64,000 bases of DNA from Eledone cirrhosa. Its lineage: Eukaryota. The translations under genes were made by a program, and so were the position numbers. This document shows, piece after piece, positions 10,071 through 24,099 of the stretch. Numbering within the stretch: the stretch's first letter is position 1; the number at the start of each line of letters is the position of its first letter. Below the pieces are notes generated by a model that was given only the letters and a program-made list of their open reading frames with translations, was not told where the DNA came from and searched no databases. The stretch covers positions 189,596,001 to 189,660,000 of the forward strand of contig OZ024740.1 of assembly GCA_964016885.1 (NCBI GenBank), given 5' to 3'.

Positions 10071-12379
10071 TTATTACCATATGGAGATCGATGAATAGAG
10101 GAATCGGAAAAGCAGTGGATAAAATGACATGTGGAATTTATGCCCATTTATGTTTTGAGTTCAAACCCCAATTTTTTAAACCTTGCTCTTCAAATTTCTG
10201 GAGTAAAATATATATGAACTTCCCCCTTCATAGATTCTAAATAAAATAAATGCCATTCTAGATTATTACCATCTCCCCCAAATTGCGTGGTGTTATGACT
10301 ATTTTATGGAGTATAATTGCTGAATGAAAGCACAGAAGGTGGAGTAGATAGATAATGGAAACTCAATGTCAGGACGCCGAGACTCTTTCAGCACTAGACT
10401 TCATCGAACACAACGCCACACGATAAAAGGATATCCACAATTTACTACTATATAAAATGTTATTCTAAACCAATTGTGTGTTGATTGATTCTTATATCTC
10501 TTCCGTGAGGAGGGGGTGTTCCGACTATATAACATTCATATAAATACAGTTTGGGCTTGTGAAAGGTAAAACATAATAGATTGAAGCTCTACCTTTAGTC
10601 TATTTTTCTTACTCATAAAGCTGATTGCTTTTCAGGGTACTTTGACATTTATGTCGATATTCATAATTACACTTCTTACAGTGTATTTCGCGTCAATTCT
10701 TCGATATATGTTAAATTGCATTATCTTAATTTTGCTTCAAGATATCGATGATACTATAAAGATATATGGGAATATATATTGTGAAATCTCTGTATTAAGC
10801 TCTGAGCCTAGTCAGAATACATCCCTGCCTATGTATAGAACATAAATTGTGTGCTTATAGATTTCTACATGTTCGTTATTCATAAGATTCCATCACCGTG
10901 TTATGTCAATTTCCTAATGTAACATGATTATTTCCAAGTCAACTGACATTGATTAATATTATATATTCATCAGAAATTTTAAAATAATTCCTATAATTTA
11001 TAAAACTATTTAATGCATTTAATCTTTGCCTTCTTTGAACGTTTGGCTGTTTGAAGTCATTAATACAATTCGGGTGTGGTCTTTCTAAATGCATAAAGTT
11101 TGTTTGATATAGAATTTGATGATTATTCGTCTTTAAGCATGTCTGAATTATCTTTAAAATAATCTGATTTGGATGGCTATGCAATGGTATTATAATAACA
11201 TATTAGGTTGATCATTGTCAGCTCGGGCTGATGTTTTAATGCGATATCAAAAAGTAAAGTAAATTCAGTCATCAGTTTGAAATGACTGCTTGCCGAGGCA
11301 CACCACCAAATAAAATACTCTAAATACATACAACATTACTAACCTTTGAAGCTATGGCATATTTAATCCTTCTTTAACACATCGAAGAATATGAAGGGAA
11401 ATAAAACTAACCAGCTCTGACTCATAACAAGTAAAAATGTATTTATGTGAAATATTTCTATACGTCTTGTAAACATTGATCAGTACTAAAGGAACCAATT
11501 ACAATTATACTATATAATGACTATGTAATATTTGAATAACGAACGCGGAAAATGATAAAACAGTGAAAATTGTAAAATGAGTTTTGCAATATTAAAAGGA
11601 AATATAAACAAAATATTCTGAACGGTATATACAAGATTAATGCTTGAAAAAGGAAATGTTCAGTTATTATAATAAATGAGAATATCGTTTAGCTTAATGA
11701 TTGTATGGAACCATTTAGCTTAATGATTCTCTGCTAAAATTCATTACAAGCGTTTATGTACTTTGATGTTTTGAGAATATATTCAATCATTATGTACGCT
11801 GGCAAAATCTCTTTCCACTGAAATGATATTAATAAATAATAGCATATCAACTATTCAGAGTTAATTTGTAATAAATAAAATCCACCATGATTAACATCCC
11901 ATTACATCAATATTACAACTTCTTTTCATGAGATATAATTTATAGATTTGTTGAAATAAACATTTATCTTAACGTTTGCTAGGTATGCAGATTCTCAAGG
12001 ATTGGTTGTACAATGTATACATTTGTATTTTATTTTACATAAAGTATATGGGCTTTTATAATAATATTCCCGCCGAATGTTATTATTATGAAAATATAAA
12101 CAGTTAGAAATTAGAAAAATGCATATGTGAAAATAACAGATAACCCAAGCTAACAAGTGAAATTTGAGAAATTATTTGTAAAATGCTAACAGCTCTTAAA
12201 CATTAAGTTGTTCTAATGTAAATATATATTTTGCGGAATCCTGTTCCAAGCTGATAATCCATTTGTAAAATGTTTTCATTTTTCGTGCGAAATAACGTCT
12301 ATTGTTATGATTATCATCTTTTATCATTTTGTATATATTTAAAACTTTATATTCTGTTGGATGGCAATAAAATTTCTAA

Positions 12380-13115
12380 TAGGAAACGTTGTATGATGTG
12401 CTATAGATGGTTTTGTAGCTCCGATTAGCAAGAAGCATGGCTGTATAAAATCGATGAAGGATGAAAACCCAGAAATTCTGCCTATGCACTGTGTTATCCA
12501 CAGAGAAATTTTAATTGAAAAAAGCGTTTAACTCGGTATAAACGAGAATTGAAGTCAGTAATAAAATATATCACCAACACGAAAGCTAATGCAACATTTG
12601 CGTAGGAATAAAATCTTGCATCATGTAAAATTAATGCTTTACAAGTAAGGAGGATATCAAAACGCAATTACATGAACATACCGACGGATCTGGTATATAC
12701 TCTCAGTAAATGTTTAAATGAAAACAGAAATAATGTTCATGGAAACAGATGATGTCAAAGACTATGTGTTACTTGAAGTATATTTTTGAAAAACTAAATG
12801 TATCCAATAAACAAATTTATGGCACTTGTTGAATCACAGACAAAAAATATTTGGCTTCCTTATATTTCTGGCTTTTTGTCAAAAGAATGTTTTTGCAAGA
12901 AATTATTCCCAGTCATGTTGGCTAAATACGAACGAAGAAAAAATATAATGGCTTACTTGTTATTATGGATCATTTGAAAATAATAGTCGGGGATTTAAAC
13001 TACAGATTTTCTGATTTAATGGCAAACTCAATCATTGTCAATGATATATATGAAGTGGGTGTAAACTACCAAAAAGAGATGTCTGAAATACAAAATGATG
13101 AGTTGGTTAAAATTA
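12380..13115 (+). mobile_element. hAT (Buster/Charlie-type) transposase relic
   Basis: CAIDGFVAPISKKHGCIKSMKDENPEILPMHCVIHREILIEK matches TDGA..M.G...HCxxHRE.L; later YLxYIFEKLNVSN; multiple stops and frameshifts. Confidence 0.8.
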
Positions 13116-13122
13116 TATTTAA

Positions 13123-13251
13123 CTAGCTGAGGTACCCAGCTTCGCCAAGATTAACACAGGATAAGAGAAGAGAAAACGTCTGTTTTGAATGCATTGTCTT
13201 GTTTACAGTGTGTGTGTATTGTGTATGTGTGTATGTTTGTGTGTGTTTGTG

Positions 13252-13301
<50 letters not shown>

Positions 13302-13746
13302 TGGGTGTGTGTGTGTGTGCATATGTGTATGTGTGTGTGTGTGTTTGTGTATATATATATGTGTGTATGTGTATATATATATATGTGTGTATGTGTGTGT
13401 GTATATATATATATATATTTGTGTGTGTGTGTGTGTGCCTGTGTGAGTTCGCGTGCGTGTGTGTGTGTGTGTAAACCACTGTTGGAATTGGAGACATATG
13501 CCGCGAAACACGATCATCACTGACAACGAACTTGCAGACAAAATTCCTTATGGTTGATTCGCAACCTGCTAGAAATAGCAGTCACGTTGGTTAGCATACG
13601 TGGTATGTTTTTCTTCTTCTTTTGTGTTATAAAATTAGGATCAATAAACTTTCCTGTACATACTTCCGATTGTCACTTTTCGTTTTTTTTTGTGTGATAC
13701 GCGAAGGAACCAACCGACAAACATCTCTCTTTTATATTATGTATAG
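13123..13746 (-). mobile_element. Probable non-autonomous Helitron with internal (GT)/(TA) microsatellite
   Basis: Minus-strand 3' end ...gcgaagctgggtacctcagCTAG; opposite end resembles (T)CTATAcataatataaa 5' terminus. Confidence 0.5.
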
Positions 13747-14051
13747 GTTACCATATCTCTTTTATTTGTTCATTCAACATATTCTTCAGCTAATTCTGTC
13801 GTACAATATACATCAGTAATCGTTATATAATGTTTAAAACATATGAATAGATGAGATATATGCACCATATCAATCAAAAACGATATGAGAATTGAATACC
13901 ATACTAAAGCGCCAGTAAGCTTGCTAAGAACCTGCAGATAGAAATGTTAATAAATACAACATTTGGCTTGGGTAAACTTTAAGATGTTCTTTCATTGTAG
14001 CTTTTTTTTCTCCTTTTCTCCTCTTCCTTCTTCATGTCCCCCCTCTCTCTC

Positions 14052-14126
<75 letters not shown>

Positions 14127-14424
14127 GGGTAGGTTTACTGGTATTTTATTTTTTCAAGAATCCCCCTCCACTCCAGTGCAAATATACCGCACGCCCTCTC
14201 AAGTCAGCGATGGTGGGGGAAGGAGGGTGGGTGGGTGTTAAGGTGCTCTGATGTTGGGTTTCAATAGTTTTTAGGATTCCCCAGTTCAGCAGCCAGTACG
14301 TTAAAGAAAATTGATAGTTACAACAATAAAGGGTGAACAGAGAACACATTTTTTAACAAAATTTACAATAATTTGTACAAACATAATGGAAATGCCAAGT
14401 AAAAGAAAATGCATAAATTACATT

Positions 14425-15348
14425 GTTAGATCCTCAGAGTATAAACTATTTTTTGTTCGGCCCTCGGGAGCAAAGATTGTTTGGCGAGCTCACCCTAGTA
14501 CATACTACATACAATTGACCAAGGTTTTCCCAGATGAAGGCCAGCCACTTTTAAGGTTTAGCCCTGAGCTTTGTTGATGTTAATCGCGAAGCTTAGTCTC
14601 TCTGTTGCTCTAGTAACATTTTTTCTTCTGGAAAATCTGATCTTGAGCCCAGGCTGGGACTTTTTGGGTGGCATATCGGCAGTAAGAATGACGATAAGCC
14701 CTCTGTGATTTCGTGAAATAAATACGTTGTTTATATTTTGTTTCTGTGTATGCATAAATATCTGTACATATATTTATGCATTATATATTCGTGTAGAGAT
14801 TATATATTCGTATAACGGGGTCTTCTGAAACTAAAAAAATCAATATGTGAACGCAGAAGTAAATATTTCGAAAAACGTTGTAACCGAAAGAAAACAGAAA
14901 GATGATACTTTGGTTCGTGAAGACGTTAGGAATGTCGTATAACCCGAAGTGTTGACATTTGAACATTTTAAAGAAGTGAATATTTAAATACTTGTTTCTA
15001 CTTTTGGCACAAGGCCAGCAATTATCCAGTACATTACTGGTACTTCATTGTATCGACCCCGTAAGGATGAAAGGCAAAGTTAACCTCGGAGGGATTTGAA
15101 CTCAGATCATAAAGGGCCGTAACTCTATGCTGCAAAGCATGGTACCCGACCCTCTACCGATACTGCCAATCCACCACCATGTATTTAAATAATGTCTTTA
15201 ATCTTTTAACAAAATTCAGTAGACGAAAATACTCTTACTTTTTTACTTGGAAAAGGTTACATCTATGGTGCAAATTTGGTGCAGTTACGTCCAGCCGTTT
15301 GGCGGAAAGTTTGTTACCTACATACGACCGTCAGCTTTATAGTATAGA
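14425..15348 (-). mobile_element. Helitron relic: Pif1-like helicase C-terminal motifs plus probable 5' terminus
   Basis: RLSFAININKAQG*TLKVAGLHL matches the FAxTINKxQGQT helicase motif; TCTATACTATAAAGC terminus at 15348; interrupted by SINE at ~14995-15180. Confidence 0.75.
14995..15180 (-). mobile_element. SINE with conserved central domain (Meta/Nin-like); representative of about 12 copies
   Basis: ggcacaaggccagcaa...actggtact...atcgaccccgtaaggatgaaaggcaaagttaacctcgg.gggatttgaactcag; other copies near 9170, 17675, 33960, 34150, 36705, 37285, 41250, 46055, 56010, 57895, 62785. Confidence 0.85.
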
Positions 15349-15452
15349 TATAAAAGAAGACATCATCTGATTCTGTGATGAGACCAATACTTTAAAGCAT
15401 TATCACCTCATTCAGCAGTTACTGCAATCATTCCCATTTTTTTTATTTGCAG

Positions 15453-15552
15453 AAATTTGTATAAGTGTTGTAAGCGACCTAGAACAGACGGCAATAGACT
15501 GGACAAAGGCAATAGACTGGACAAAGGCAATAGACTGGACAAACAAATCAAG
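15453..15552 (+). other. Candidate exon containing 3x18-bp tandem repeat
   Basis: Strong acceptor ttttttttatttgcag, donor aag|gtaatt; open frame NLYKCCKRPRTDGNRLDKGNRLDKGNRLDKQIK (a second frame is also open). Confidence 0.5.
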
Positions 15553-16574
15553 GTAATTTAGGATGAAATTAGATAATTTAGTGTGTAAAATCGAAACCAT
15601 TTGTAATAAAAACCGCCCAAGAATGTCACTAACTTGAGATGATCAAACCTTAAATTTGCTGTACTTGTACGGACAATTTAAAAGTGTATTATTGAATATA
15701 TTTCTGTCTTGGTGATGTAAAAATTCTGCTTTTACAACTGAAAAGTTGTATTTCAAGGATATAGTTTAGTTATCCTCAATATTAACATTATCTTTGCACA
15801 TAATTAATGTAGCTTATATTGATACTACTCATGGTACTGAAATCCGTTATAAAAAAGTTTTAACGGCAAATCTTCTTTAATATTAATTGGAGTCATGAAA
15901 CGTTTTTTGGTGTTGATGTGAAGTATGGAATAAAAACGGTTCGGGATCTCGGGAATGTGCTATCCCAGCAGAGCCGGTCATATATGACGGATATCTGCAT
16001 AGCGTCAGTTTACTAAATCCCCCCCATGAGGTATTCAGACATCTGAAGATTTAGTAAGATAAACTTACCCAAGAGGTGCCTTTATACAAATATATGTACA
16101 TATGTACACATAGATGAACTGTTTAATAGTAGGTTACTTGATTAAACTGGTGGATGATGCGAAACATTCAACAGATGTGGACGAAATCATTATATAGATT
16201 TTGAAATGTCATCAACATCTGAATGAACAGACTAATAGTCGGCTTTAGTTATCCAAAACAGATGATGTTAATCAAGAGAGAAAACATAGTGCATGATTAT
16301 TCTGATAATACTTGAATTAAGAAAGAAAACCAAGACAACAACAACATCAACAGTAATTGGAGAAAATAAAATTAATAAATTAATCAATAACAATCTAACT
16401 ATTTTGTCAGTTCCTATTAATGACGCGTATCCCGTTGAAGGTCATATGGTGTTGATATGTTCAAACACTAGTCATACAAGGGCTAATCGTTCGTATCCTG
16501 ACAACGATTAATACATTTATCTGACTAAACGATTGTCAAGATACCAGACCTCATTCGCTTTCCTAGTAGGGTGG

Positions 16575-16780
16575 AAATTGTCATTTTGGACCAAGGAAAC
16601 AATATCTCCATTTGTCTTTCCATTGCTGATACTATCCACCAGTCGCAACTCCTGCAGAAAGAGCATCATGAAATGAAGTGTCTTGCTCAAGGACATGACA
16701 CTTGGCCCGGTCCGGGAATCGGACTCGAAACCTCACAGTTGCGAATCCAATTCTCTCACCACTAAGCCACTTGCCTTCAC
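16575..16780 (-). mobile_element. tRNA-derived CORE-like SINE
   Basis: Homologous to 4701-4910. Confidence 0.8.
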
Positions 16781-19192
16781 CCTGTCTAAATGCCCCAATA
16801 TATCTGTATATTTTTCAGCCCATACCCTACAGTGGAGCGGTAGATATAGTGGATGTAAACTGCGGTAACAAAGTAGAATTAAAGAGTTTTCTATTAGCCT
16901 GTCGTAATTAGCTAAAATTCTTTGGTTAATTTCTTCTTGACACATTCAAATTATATTAACTAATGTGAGTCAGTGTATTAGTACTAAGAGATTCACACCA
17001 GATGCTACTAACGATTATACGTTAAATATTAAAATATCTCTCTCAATGGCAACATCGAATTATTTGTTAAAATTCGTGCTTGGCATAGAATCACGAGAGA
17101 AACGTTAATCATTTTCTTTTTGTATGACATTAAAGCATAATTTGGAATCTTGAAAACTGTATGAAAACGTGGTGAGTCAAATAATGAAAGTTTGAAGAAT
17201 GATTGCAAGGATACTTCTTAATCATCAGCTCACGTAAGAATAAGAAATACAGGGGATAAGGATATACGCCAATTATTATGTTATATGCCTAAGTTATATT
17301 TAGAAAAACGTTTTAGTTCAATTTATCGATCACTCTGTTATTTAAAAGGTCTTAAGTGCGCGGGCACGCACAGACAAACACACATGCATACACACATACA
17401 CATATACATGCATATATATATATATATATATATTCCAATTTTTAATACTTAAAGACATTGATCTACACAAGCCTTATGAATTAAAGTGAGTAAACAGAAA
17501 TTGTTTCGAAGCTCACGGATTGGCTGTACATATAGTTCAAGGGGTCAAATGAAACACACTGTCATGCTGAATAATACTGATAATTGTATTAAAGCTACAT
17601 TTATTATAAAAGTTTGCCCAGCGCTCTACCGATACTGTCAATACACCACGCTGACATCGTTTAATAACGATTACTAGTATAGTCACAAGGCCAGCAATCT
17701 TGGGGGAGGGGAAAGTCGATTGAATCGACTCCATGCATTACTGGTGCTTTATTTTATCGACTCCATAAGGATGGAAGGTAAAGCTAATCCCGGCGGGATT
17801 TGAACTCAGAACATAAAGGGCCATAACTGTATGCTGCACGGTGTCTGACGCTCTACCGAGTCTTCTAATAAATGAGAAATGATTGTTGTTGGTGTTTAGC
17901 CACATTCGAGAAATGATTGTTGAAACCTATACAATTACTTTACATGATGTGGCCTTCCTTTATTATACCTTTCGATCTAAGGAAAATGTACTATTTCTAG
18001 CAGCTTGAGGGACTATGTATGGCGTTCTTAGTGCGTCGTTTCCATGGACTTTAATAACGCAAGTGAGCAGAAATGCTTTCAATTTAGGAAAGAATATTCA
18101 AGTTAGGTATAATTTAAGCAACGGATCAGAAATAATTTAGCGTATATCCCTACCAATATCTAAAGAATACGTATGCACGTGGTTGCAGTGGTGTGAGGCA
18201 CTCTTACATGTTCTAATCAAACCGAGAAAATTTCATGATGTAAAAAGAAAATCTCCGTGATATTTCGTAAATTGCAATTTAATCTCATCTAGTTTTACTG
18301 CACGTGTTCAGGCTTATGCATTGGCTATTGCGTTTAATACGTTAAAATGCCAACTAATCTTTTAAAACCGGATGTCCTATTTCTTGCAGCTATTGCTGGT
18401 GTCTCCCCATCCGCTCCGACGTTCCTTTTCTATTTCTTCATTTTGGGCCCTCTTTCAAACCCACACAAGCCTCCCCCCATACGTATGCATGCATACATAA
18501 ATACATATATACGTACGTACATACATGCATACATACATAAATACATACATACATGCATGCATGCCTACATACATACACAGATACATGCATACATTCATAC
18601 ATACATACGTACATACATACATATATGCCTACATACATACGCACATACATAATACATACATGCCTACATACATACACACATACATACATTCATACTCTCT
18701 CGTTCTCATCCAGATTCTCTCTCTCTTTTAATGCAGTCTCTCTCTCTCTCGCTCTCTCTCACCTACACACACTCCCTGTCTCTCAAACACTCATACACAT
18801 ACGGAAACATACAAATAAATATACATACACATTCTCAGCGCACATCTTCCACATTGTACACCTTCTTTCATATACATAAATATACACACAAGTACACGCT
18901 TTTATTCTCCCATTCTTACCCATATTCGCACCCCCCCGCCGCTCACTCTCTGACTCATCCATACGCAGTATATCTTTTTTATTTCTTTCTCCTCCAATAG
19001 ATCTTGGCAATACTTTTTACAGATACGTCTGTTTGTGAATTTAGCAATGCGGATATCTCCTTTATCTCTTTTAAAGTTTGCTTCCTGAAAAGATAAATGT
19101 TCGAAACAGTACATCGTTTGGCAAAAATCAAAAATTCAAATACGCTGCAAACACATCAATCAAGCAAAGGTAAATATATAAAGAACATGTAA

Positions 19193-19277
<85 letters not shown>

Positions 19278-20372
19278 CATCCTTTTTTTGAAAATATGTT
19301 AGCTTAAGTTTAACAGCTTCTATGCAGGGTTTTGACTATTGGTCCTATCATCTCCTAGATACGAAAGTATGTAGACCGTTAGAATATATTTCGTAGTGAA
19401 AGACCTACGTTGAAGCGGTTAATTTTAAGTAAACATATTTTCCCCAAAAATTCATATTCGTTTAACATTTCTAAAAATAGATTGTTTATATGAATTTATA
19501 TATACATAAACAGTGCCCCCCCCCCCCCAAAAGGATTTATACTTCAACTCCATACTAATCAAAGTGTGTATATAATTTTGTGGGACAACCTGTATACATA
19601 TATATATGATGCATATACATATCCTTATACTACATACAAAATATAAAGCAATCAAATTTTAGCTTAATAGATTTAATTGCTGACGATCGTGTCTTCCAGA
19701 CAGGTGTCTGGTTTCATCGGAGCATACACAATGTTTAAACAAGTAATTATAATCCTATTCTTCGGAACATTCATAAAGATACACTACTATTGACAATGTC
19801 AGTGACATCATATTGAAAAACAAGCGTGACAAAATGATATTATGTTATACAGATATCAAAGTATTAGGAGCTGTTGTGAAGAGTGAAAATATTGAGCATA
19901 TTATATAGAAAGTTATTCATTTAGGTAATTCAGTTGCAAAGAGATACCAAGCAAAAAGGTGTTATAGAAGATAGATAAAAGGCATTGAAAAATGTAATAG
20001 TAAAGGTATATGATGCAAAATATTAATTAAGGCATGCATGATGTAAAAGTTGTAAAATGAATATGTCAAGCATATTTCATAAAGAATGTTAAAGAATGTT
20101 AAAAATGTTAAAAATGGCAATGCATTATGGTAAAGAAATACGTAATGATAAGATGAATAAATGTTGTGTCATACAAAATGCAAATAATAAGATTTTATTG
20201 TTTTATATTTTGTGTCTCGGCTCTGTAATACATCTGATAATTTACATTGAGCTTTTTCTCTTACTGGTAATTGGGTAGTGCTTAATACTACCCTTTCATA
20301 TTTATAATTATATATAACTCATGTATAATTATAAATATTATTATTATTACATATCCATATATATATGTATGT

Positions 20373-20429
<57 letters not shown>

Positions 20430-20432
<3 letters not shown>

Positions 20433-21240
20433 CGTTTCTGAATTTGTTTAGCAAGATTCTTTATCTGACAATGTGTGTTGAAACCGATATTGTTATACTT
20501 TGGGAGGGTCATGTTGCCAATAAGAAACACACGCACCAGATGATTTCACTACAATTTATTATAATACATTTATATATTTCCGGTTGGTTGGCTGGTTCCA
20601 CAACCAGATGATTGTTTATATATTGTCAAAGTTCTTTCGTCACACATTCTGTGACCTCTTCAGTGACTGGGGATTCTTTTCTTTGTTTGTGTGCCTCTCC
20701 TTTGTTCCGTCCTACGCCATCTTTTTTTCGTGCGTGGTTTGTGTGCTTGGTTTGCGCATGTGTTACATCCAGGTGTCTGTGTGTGTTTATATTCGTTTAT
20801 TTATTTGTTTATTTACATGTTACTGGTTGGTTGTTTGTTCTATCATCACCCTTACTAAATCCGCAATCAGTATGTTGATTTTGGTATGATCCGAAACAGC
20901 TGAGTTTCGGTGGATCAGATATTTCGAAGTCATGGGTTTGGCATAATGGGAATGGAGGATTCTTTTTTGTTATTAATGGTATCTAACCGGAGTTCTGTGT
21001 CTAGTACAGGTAATCGATTGTTGGGGTGTTTGCTTGGGTAGTCTATAGTAACTCTAATACGCTGGTGGATGGAGTTAGCTATTTGCTGGATGCTTTCCAT
21101 TGTGTTTTTCTCTTATTCCTGACTGTTCTCTAGTGAGGTGTTTTTACTTCGATGTTTATATCATCAACGTAGCGGGAGTACATTATCAGGGTTAAGGGGT
21201 CTTCTAATTGTTCTTTAAGTTTGGTGTTTGTGGTGGGGGA
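20430..21240 (-). mobile_element. Internally deleted Penelope-like element (family B): RT fragment joined to HHR-bearing terminus
   Basis: 20844-21222 reads MYSRYVDDINI...IANSIHQRIRVTIDYPSKHPNNRLPVLD...HYAKPMTSKYLIHRNSA..TKINILIADLVRV (with stop and frameshift); ends in (TA)n. Confidence 0.85.
20625..20667 (-). ncRNA. Minimal type I hammerhead ribozyme in PLE terminus
   Basis: Minus strand gtca-CTGAAGA-g-gtcaca(gaatg)tgtgac-GAAA-gaac-TT-tgac. Confidence 0.75.
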
Positions 21241-22049
21241 GGGGGTTGTGCCAAGCACATGAAGAAATAAGATAGAGTAAACATAACAGGCAATAAAATG
21301 AAGAAAATAAAATTAAAATAAAAAAATGAAGAGAACAATAAAATGAAATGGAAAGGTAAAGACTAAAAAATAAGAATAAAAGAAAGAAATAAAAAAGTAA
21401 AGTAGAGTAAAATAAAATAAAATAAGATAAAGTAAAATAATATAAGCAAATAAATAAACAAACAAAAAAAATGATAAAATGGTAGAAGGAATAAGATGAT
21501 AAAAGAATAAAATAAGATAATCAAATAAAATGTGTGTGTTATAACCAATCTCAAATTTAGAAAGATTTAGATGTTGACAGAATTAGAAAGGCTGTGTCAG
21601 AATCACTCTTTAGACTATCTTTAGACTAGCATGGTGTGGTGCGTTTTAAGAGCAAATGAGGCAAGGGTGGAGTGTACTACCCCATAACCCGAGTGTCAAA
21701 ATCTGGAAATGCAGAGGACTACAGTTTCCATTTTGGCATGGAGCTCATATGCGTGTCTGTCAACTCACATCGTTCCAAGCAGACACGCACAGGCACAGGC
21801 CCAGGTGCATCCCCAAAGCACACACTCACACATACACACACACACCCATACACACACACACACCCGCATACACAGACGCACACACGCACACACATACACA
21901 TGCCCACGCACCCCCACCCACCCCCACACGACATGTAAGTATTTGTGCATGTACAAACTTAAACAACAGTATCTTATTCTGGACATATGCATAGGTATGT
22001 GTTGTCACAGGGGTCGATCGAGGCATTGGTATGGTGGGGCTGCTGTCTT

Positions 22050-22340
22050 TAAAGCTAGAGGGAAGTTCCCATCCCAATGTTTTGTTATTATCCATATAGC
22101 TTGAGGAAGGCCCCAGCCCTGAGGTGTCTGCACGTCCCGGATGGGTCCCTATAGCTTGAGGGGAGTTTCCAACCTATGGTGTTGTTACCATCCATATAGC
22201 TTGAGAGATGTCCGGCCCTGAGGTGTCTACATCTTCTGGGGAAGCCCCTATAGCTTGAGGGGAGTTCACAACCAAGTGTGTTGTTACTGTCCATATAGCT
22301 TGAGGAATGTCCGGGCCCTGAGGGGTCTACATGTCCCGAA
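22050..22340 (-). repeat. ~100-bp tandem repeat (about 3 copies) of the PLE ORF end
   Basis: tccatatagcttgag at 22091, 22191, 22290; each copy re-encodes CR(H/P)LRA. Confidence 0.85.
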
Positions 22341-23200
22341 GAAGTCGGTCCTGAGGTTTATCAGTCTGCTTCCACCCCTTAGTATCTCGATGGTCTCGCT
22401 CAAACATAGTTTACAGATGCCAGATCCCCCTTTATCAGGTGGTACTTTCCTGATTATGGACCAGGCCAGAGAGTACGGGGCCCTGTCCAGCTTAAGCTTC
22501 CAGATCAGTTAGGAAAGAGCCGTACTATTCCTTTTGTCCTCCCTATTGAAGAAATGGCGATGGTTATACCATCGGTCTTGTTTTTAAAGCTCGTTAATGT
22601 GGCTCCTATGTAAAGGTGTTCAGTGTTAGCGGTTTTTACTCTACATCCGTATACTAGGTTCTTCCTAAGGCATTCATTACTAAGGGGGCATAATTAGGGG
22701 TTTCTGCAGTTGCAGAAGGCGGTCGACCTCTGCGTGCCTAGTGTGGGGTTCCCGTTACGTGTTATATGGTGGTCTTCCCCCGGGCCAGGTGGGGGATCCC
22801 TGGGTCTGTTTGAGTTTCCTGGGTGGGCACTGGCTCCACCCTTCTTTCCTTCCACACGGTTCTGCTGGGTGCTTAAATTGCCAACTTCTGGTTGTGTTTG
22901 GCTTTTAAGTCTACTCCTGTCGATGTTAGCTATGTGTTGGGCCAGATTCCTCGTGGTAGAATACGAGAGCTTCACAGTGTCTCTGTTGAAGATCTTGTGG
23001 TATCTATGATCCCCCGGGAAGCATTTATCAAGTGCTCCAAAGAATGTGCGGGCCAAGCTGTTCTTTAGGGACGCTGAGTAGGGTGGATTGTACCACGTGA
23101 TTTTTCTGCGTCTACTCCTATGTGGGTGGGTTGAGCGCGCCGTGGGCTGCTGGGGAGTTGTTGGGTTGCTAGTGGTACCCGCACTGTTGATTCCCCTTTG
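22290..23200 (-). mobile_element. Penelope-like element relic: RT-EN linker and GIY-YIG endonuclease
   Basis: RKITWYNPPYS..FFGALDKCFP.DH.YHKIFNRDTVKLSYS..CNCRNP*LCPLSNECL..LVYGC..LYIGAT..RWYNH..STALS*LIWKLK..CKLCLSE..LINLRTDFFGTCR. Confidence 0.9.
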
Positions 23201-24099
23201 GGCGCTATGTGTTTTACTACCTTCTCGGCCCGAATCTGTGAGGTAGAATGTCGATCGAATATTAACCTCCAGAAACAGAAATATTTTCCTCGGCCAATGC
23301 GAACGCTATCGGAATAAAACCGCCAACGTAGCAATAAAGCCGCACCACGTGAGTTTTAAACTCACATGCAAATATACTCTTTCTGAAATGTCGCCATAGA
23401 TATACACAACACTTCAAAAGAACACAAATTACAACTGCGTCAGAGAAATATGTGACTTATCAGGAAAAATAACACTGGCATCAACAAAAACAATTGCAAC
23501 GGTACAAACCTACTTGAAGTTATAAACGTCACACATTTCAGTAGAGTAAATTTAAGAATAAAGAATTCAAACATAAAAATAAATTTTATATGCATGTCAT
23601 CGAACATTAAACAATTCTGCAACCCCCATATTTACAAAAGCCTTTATGGATGTAAGGATTTTATAACCACATACGGCATTCTCGCAGCAATATGTTGGAA
23701 GTATTCGTACTAACTATACACAGAACTTAGCATTCAAACTTGTAATTATATCAAAGCTTGACAGAGTATTTCATAAATTGGATTGGGATCTATTTAGATA
23801 TATAAAATGTACTTTTAATGTATTGATATGAAGATTGACAAATAGTAAAACTTCAAGAATGTAGAGTTTCAAAATATAAATATATCTCAGACCCTAATTT
23901 CCTTAAAACAAGCCAAAACGAACGGCAAAACACAAAAAAAGTGCAATAGACATCTTAGCAGGCTGTATCCCTGGCCTAGAACGACACAACAACAACGCGA
24001 TGCACAAACCTGTACATTCACAAAAATTCATAGACTACTAATTATCTGAGTTGACATACATTGAATCTGTAATAAAAAAAAAGCAAAAGAACTGTTAGA

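Larger units (their letters stand above)
7230..16280 (+). pseudogene. Tentative decayed Ig-superfamily single-pass membrane protein gene (locus 1)
   Basis: Ig-like peptides FRGDYECR (~7285), ILHCSV..AHLWS and VLKFSDF..SRWYT* (7484-7761, stops and frameshift); hydrophobic GTLTFMSIFIITLLTVYFASILRY after tttcag (10636); well-spliced exon 15453-15552. Confidence 0.3.

Noticed and set aside
10915-10980. CTGATGA on the minus strand (also near 11270, 17222, 49560)
   Set aside because: No compatible stem II/GAAA/UH/stem I closure
21715-21760. GAAAC-tgta-GTC downstream of the GIY-YIG element
   Set aside because: CUGANGA core not recognisable; at most a remnant
22050-22340. Regularly spaced atatagcttgag repeats resembling a CRISPR array
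   Set aside because: Intervening sequences are homologous to each other, context is eukaryotic, and there are no cas genes; it is a tandem repeat
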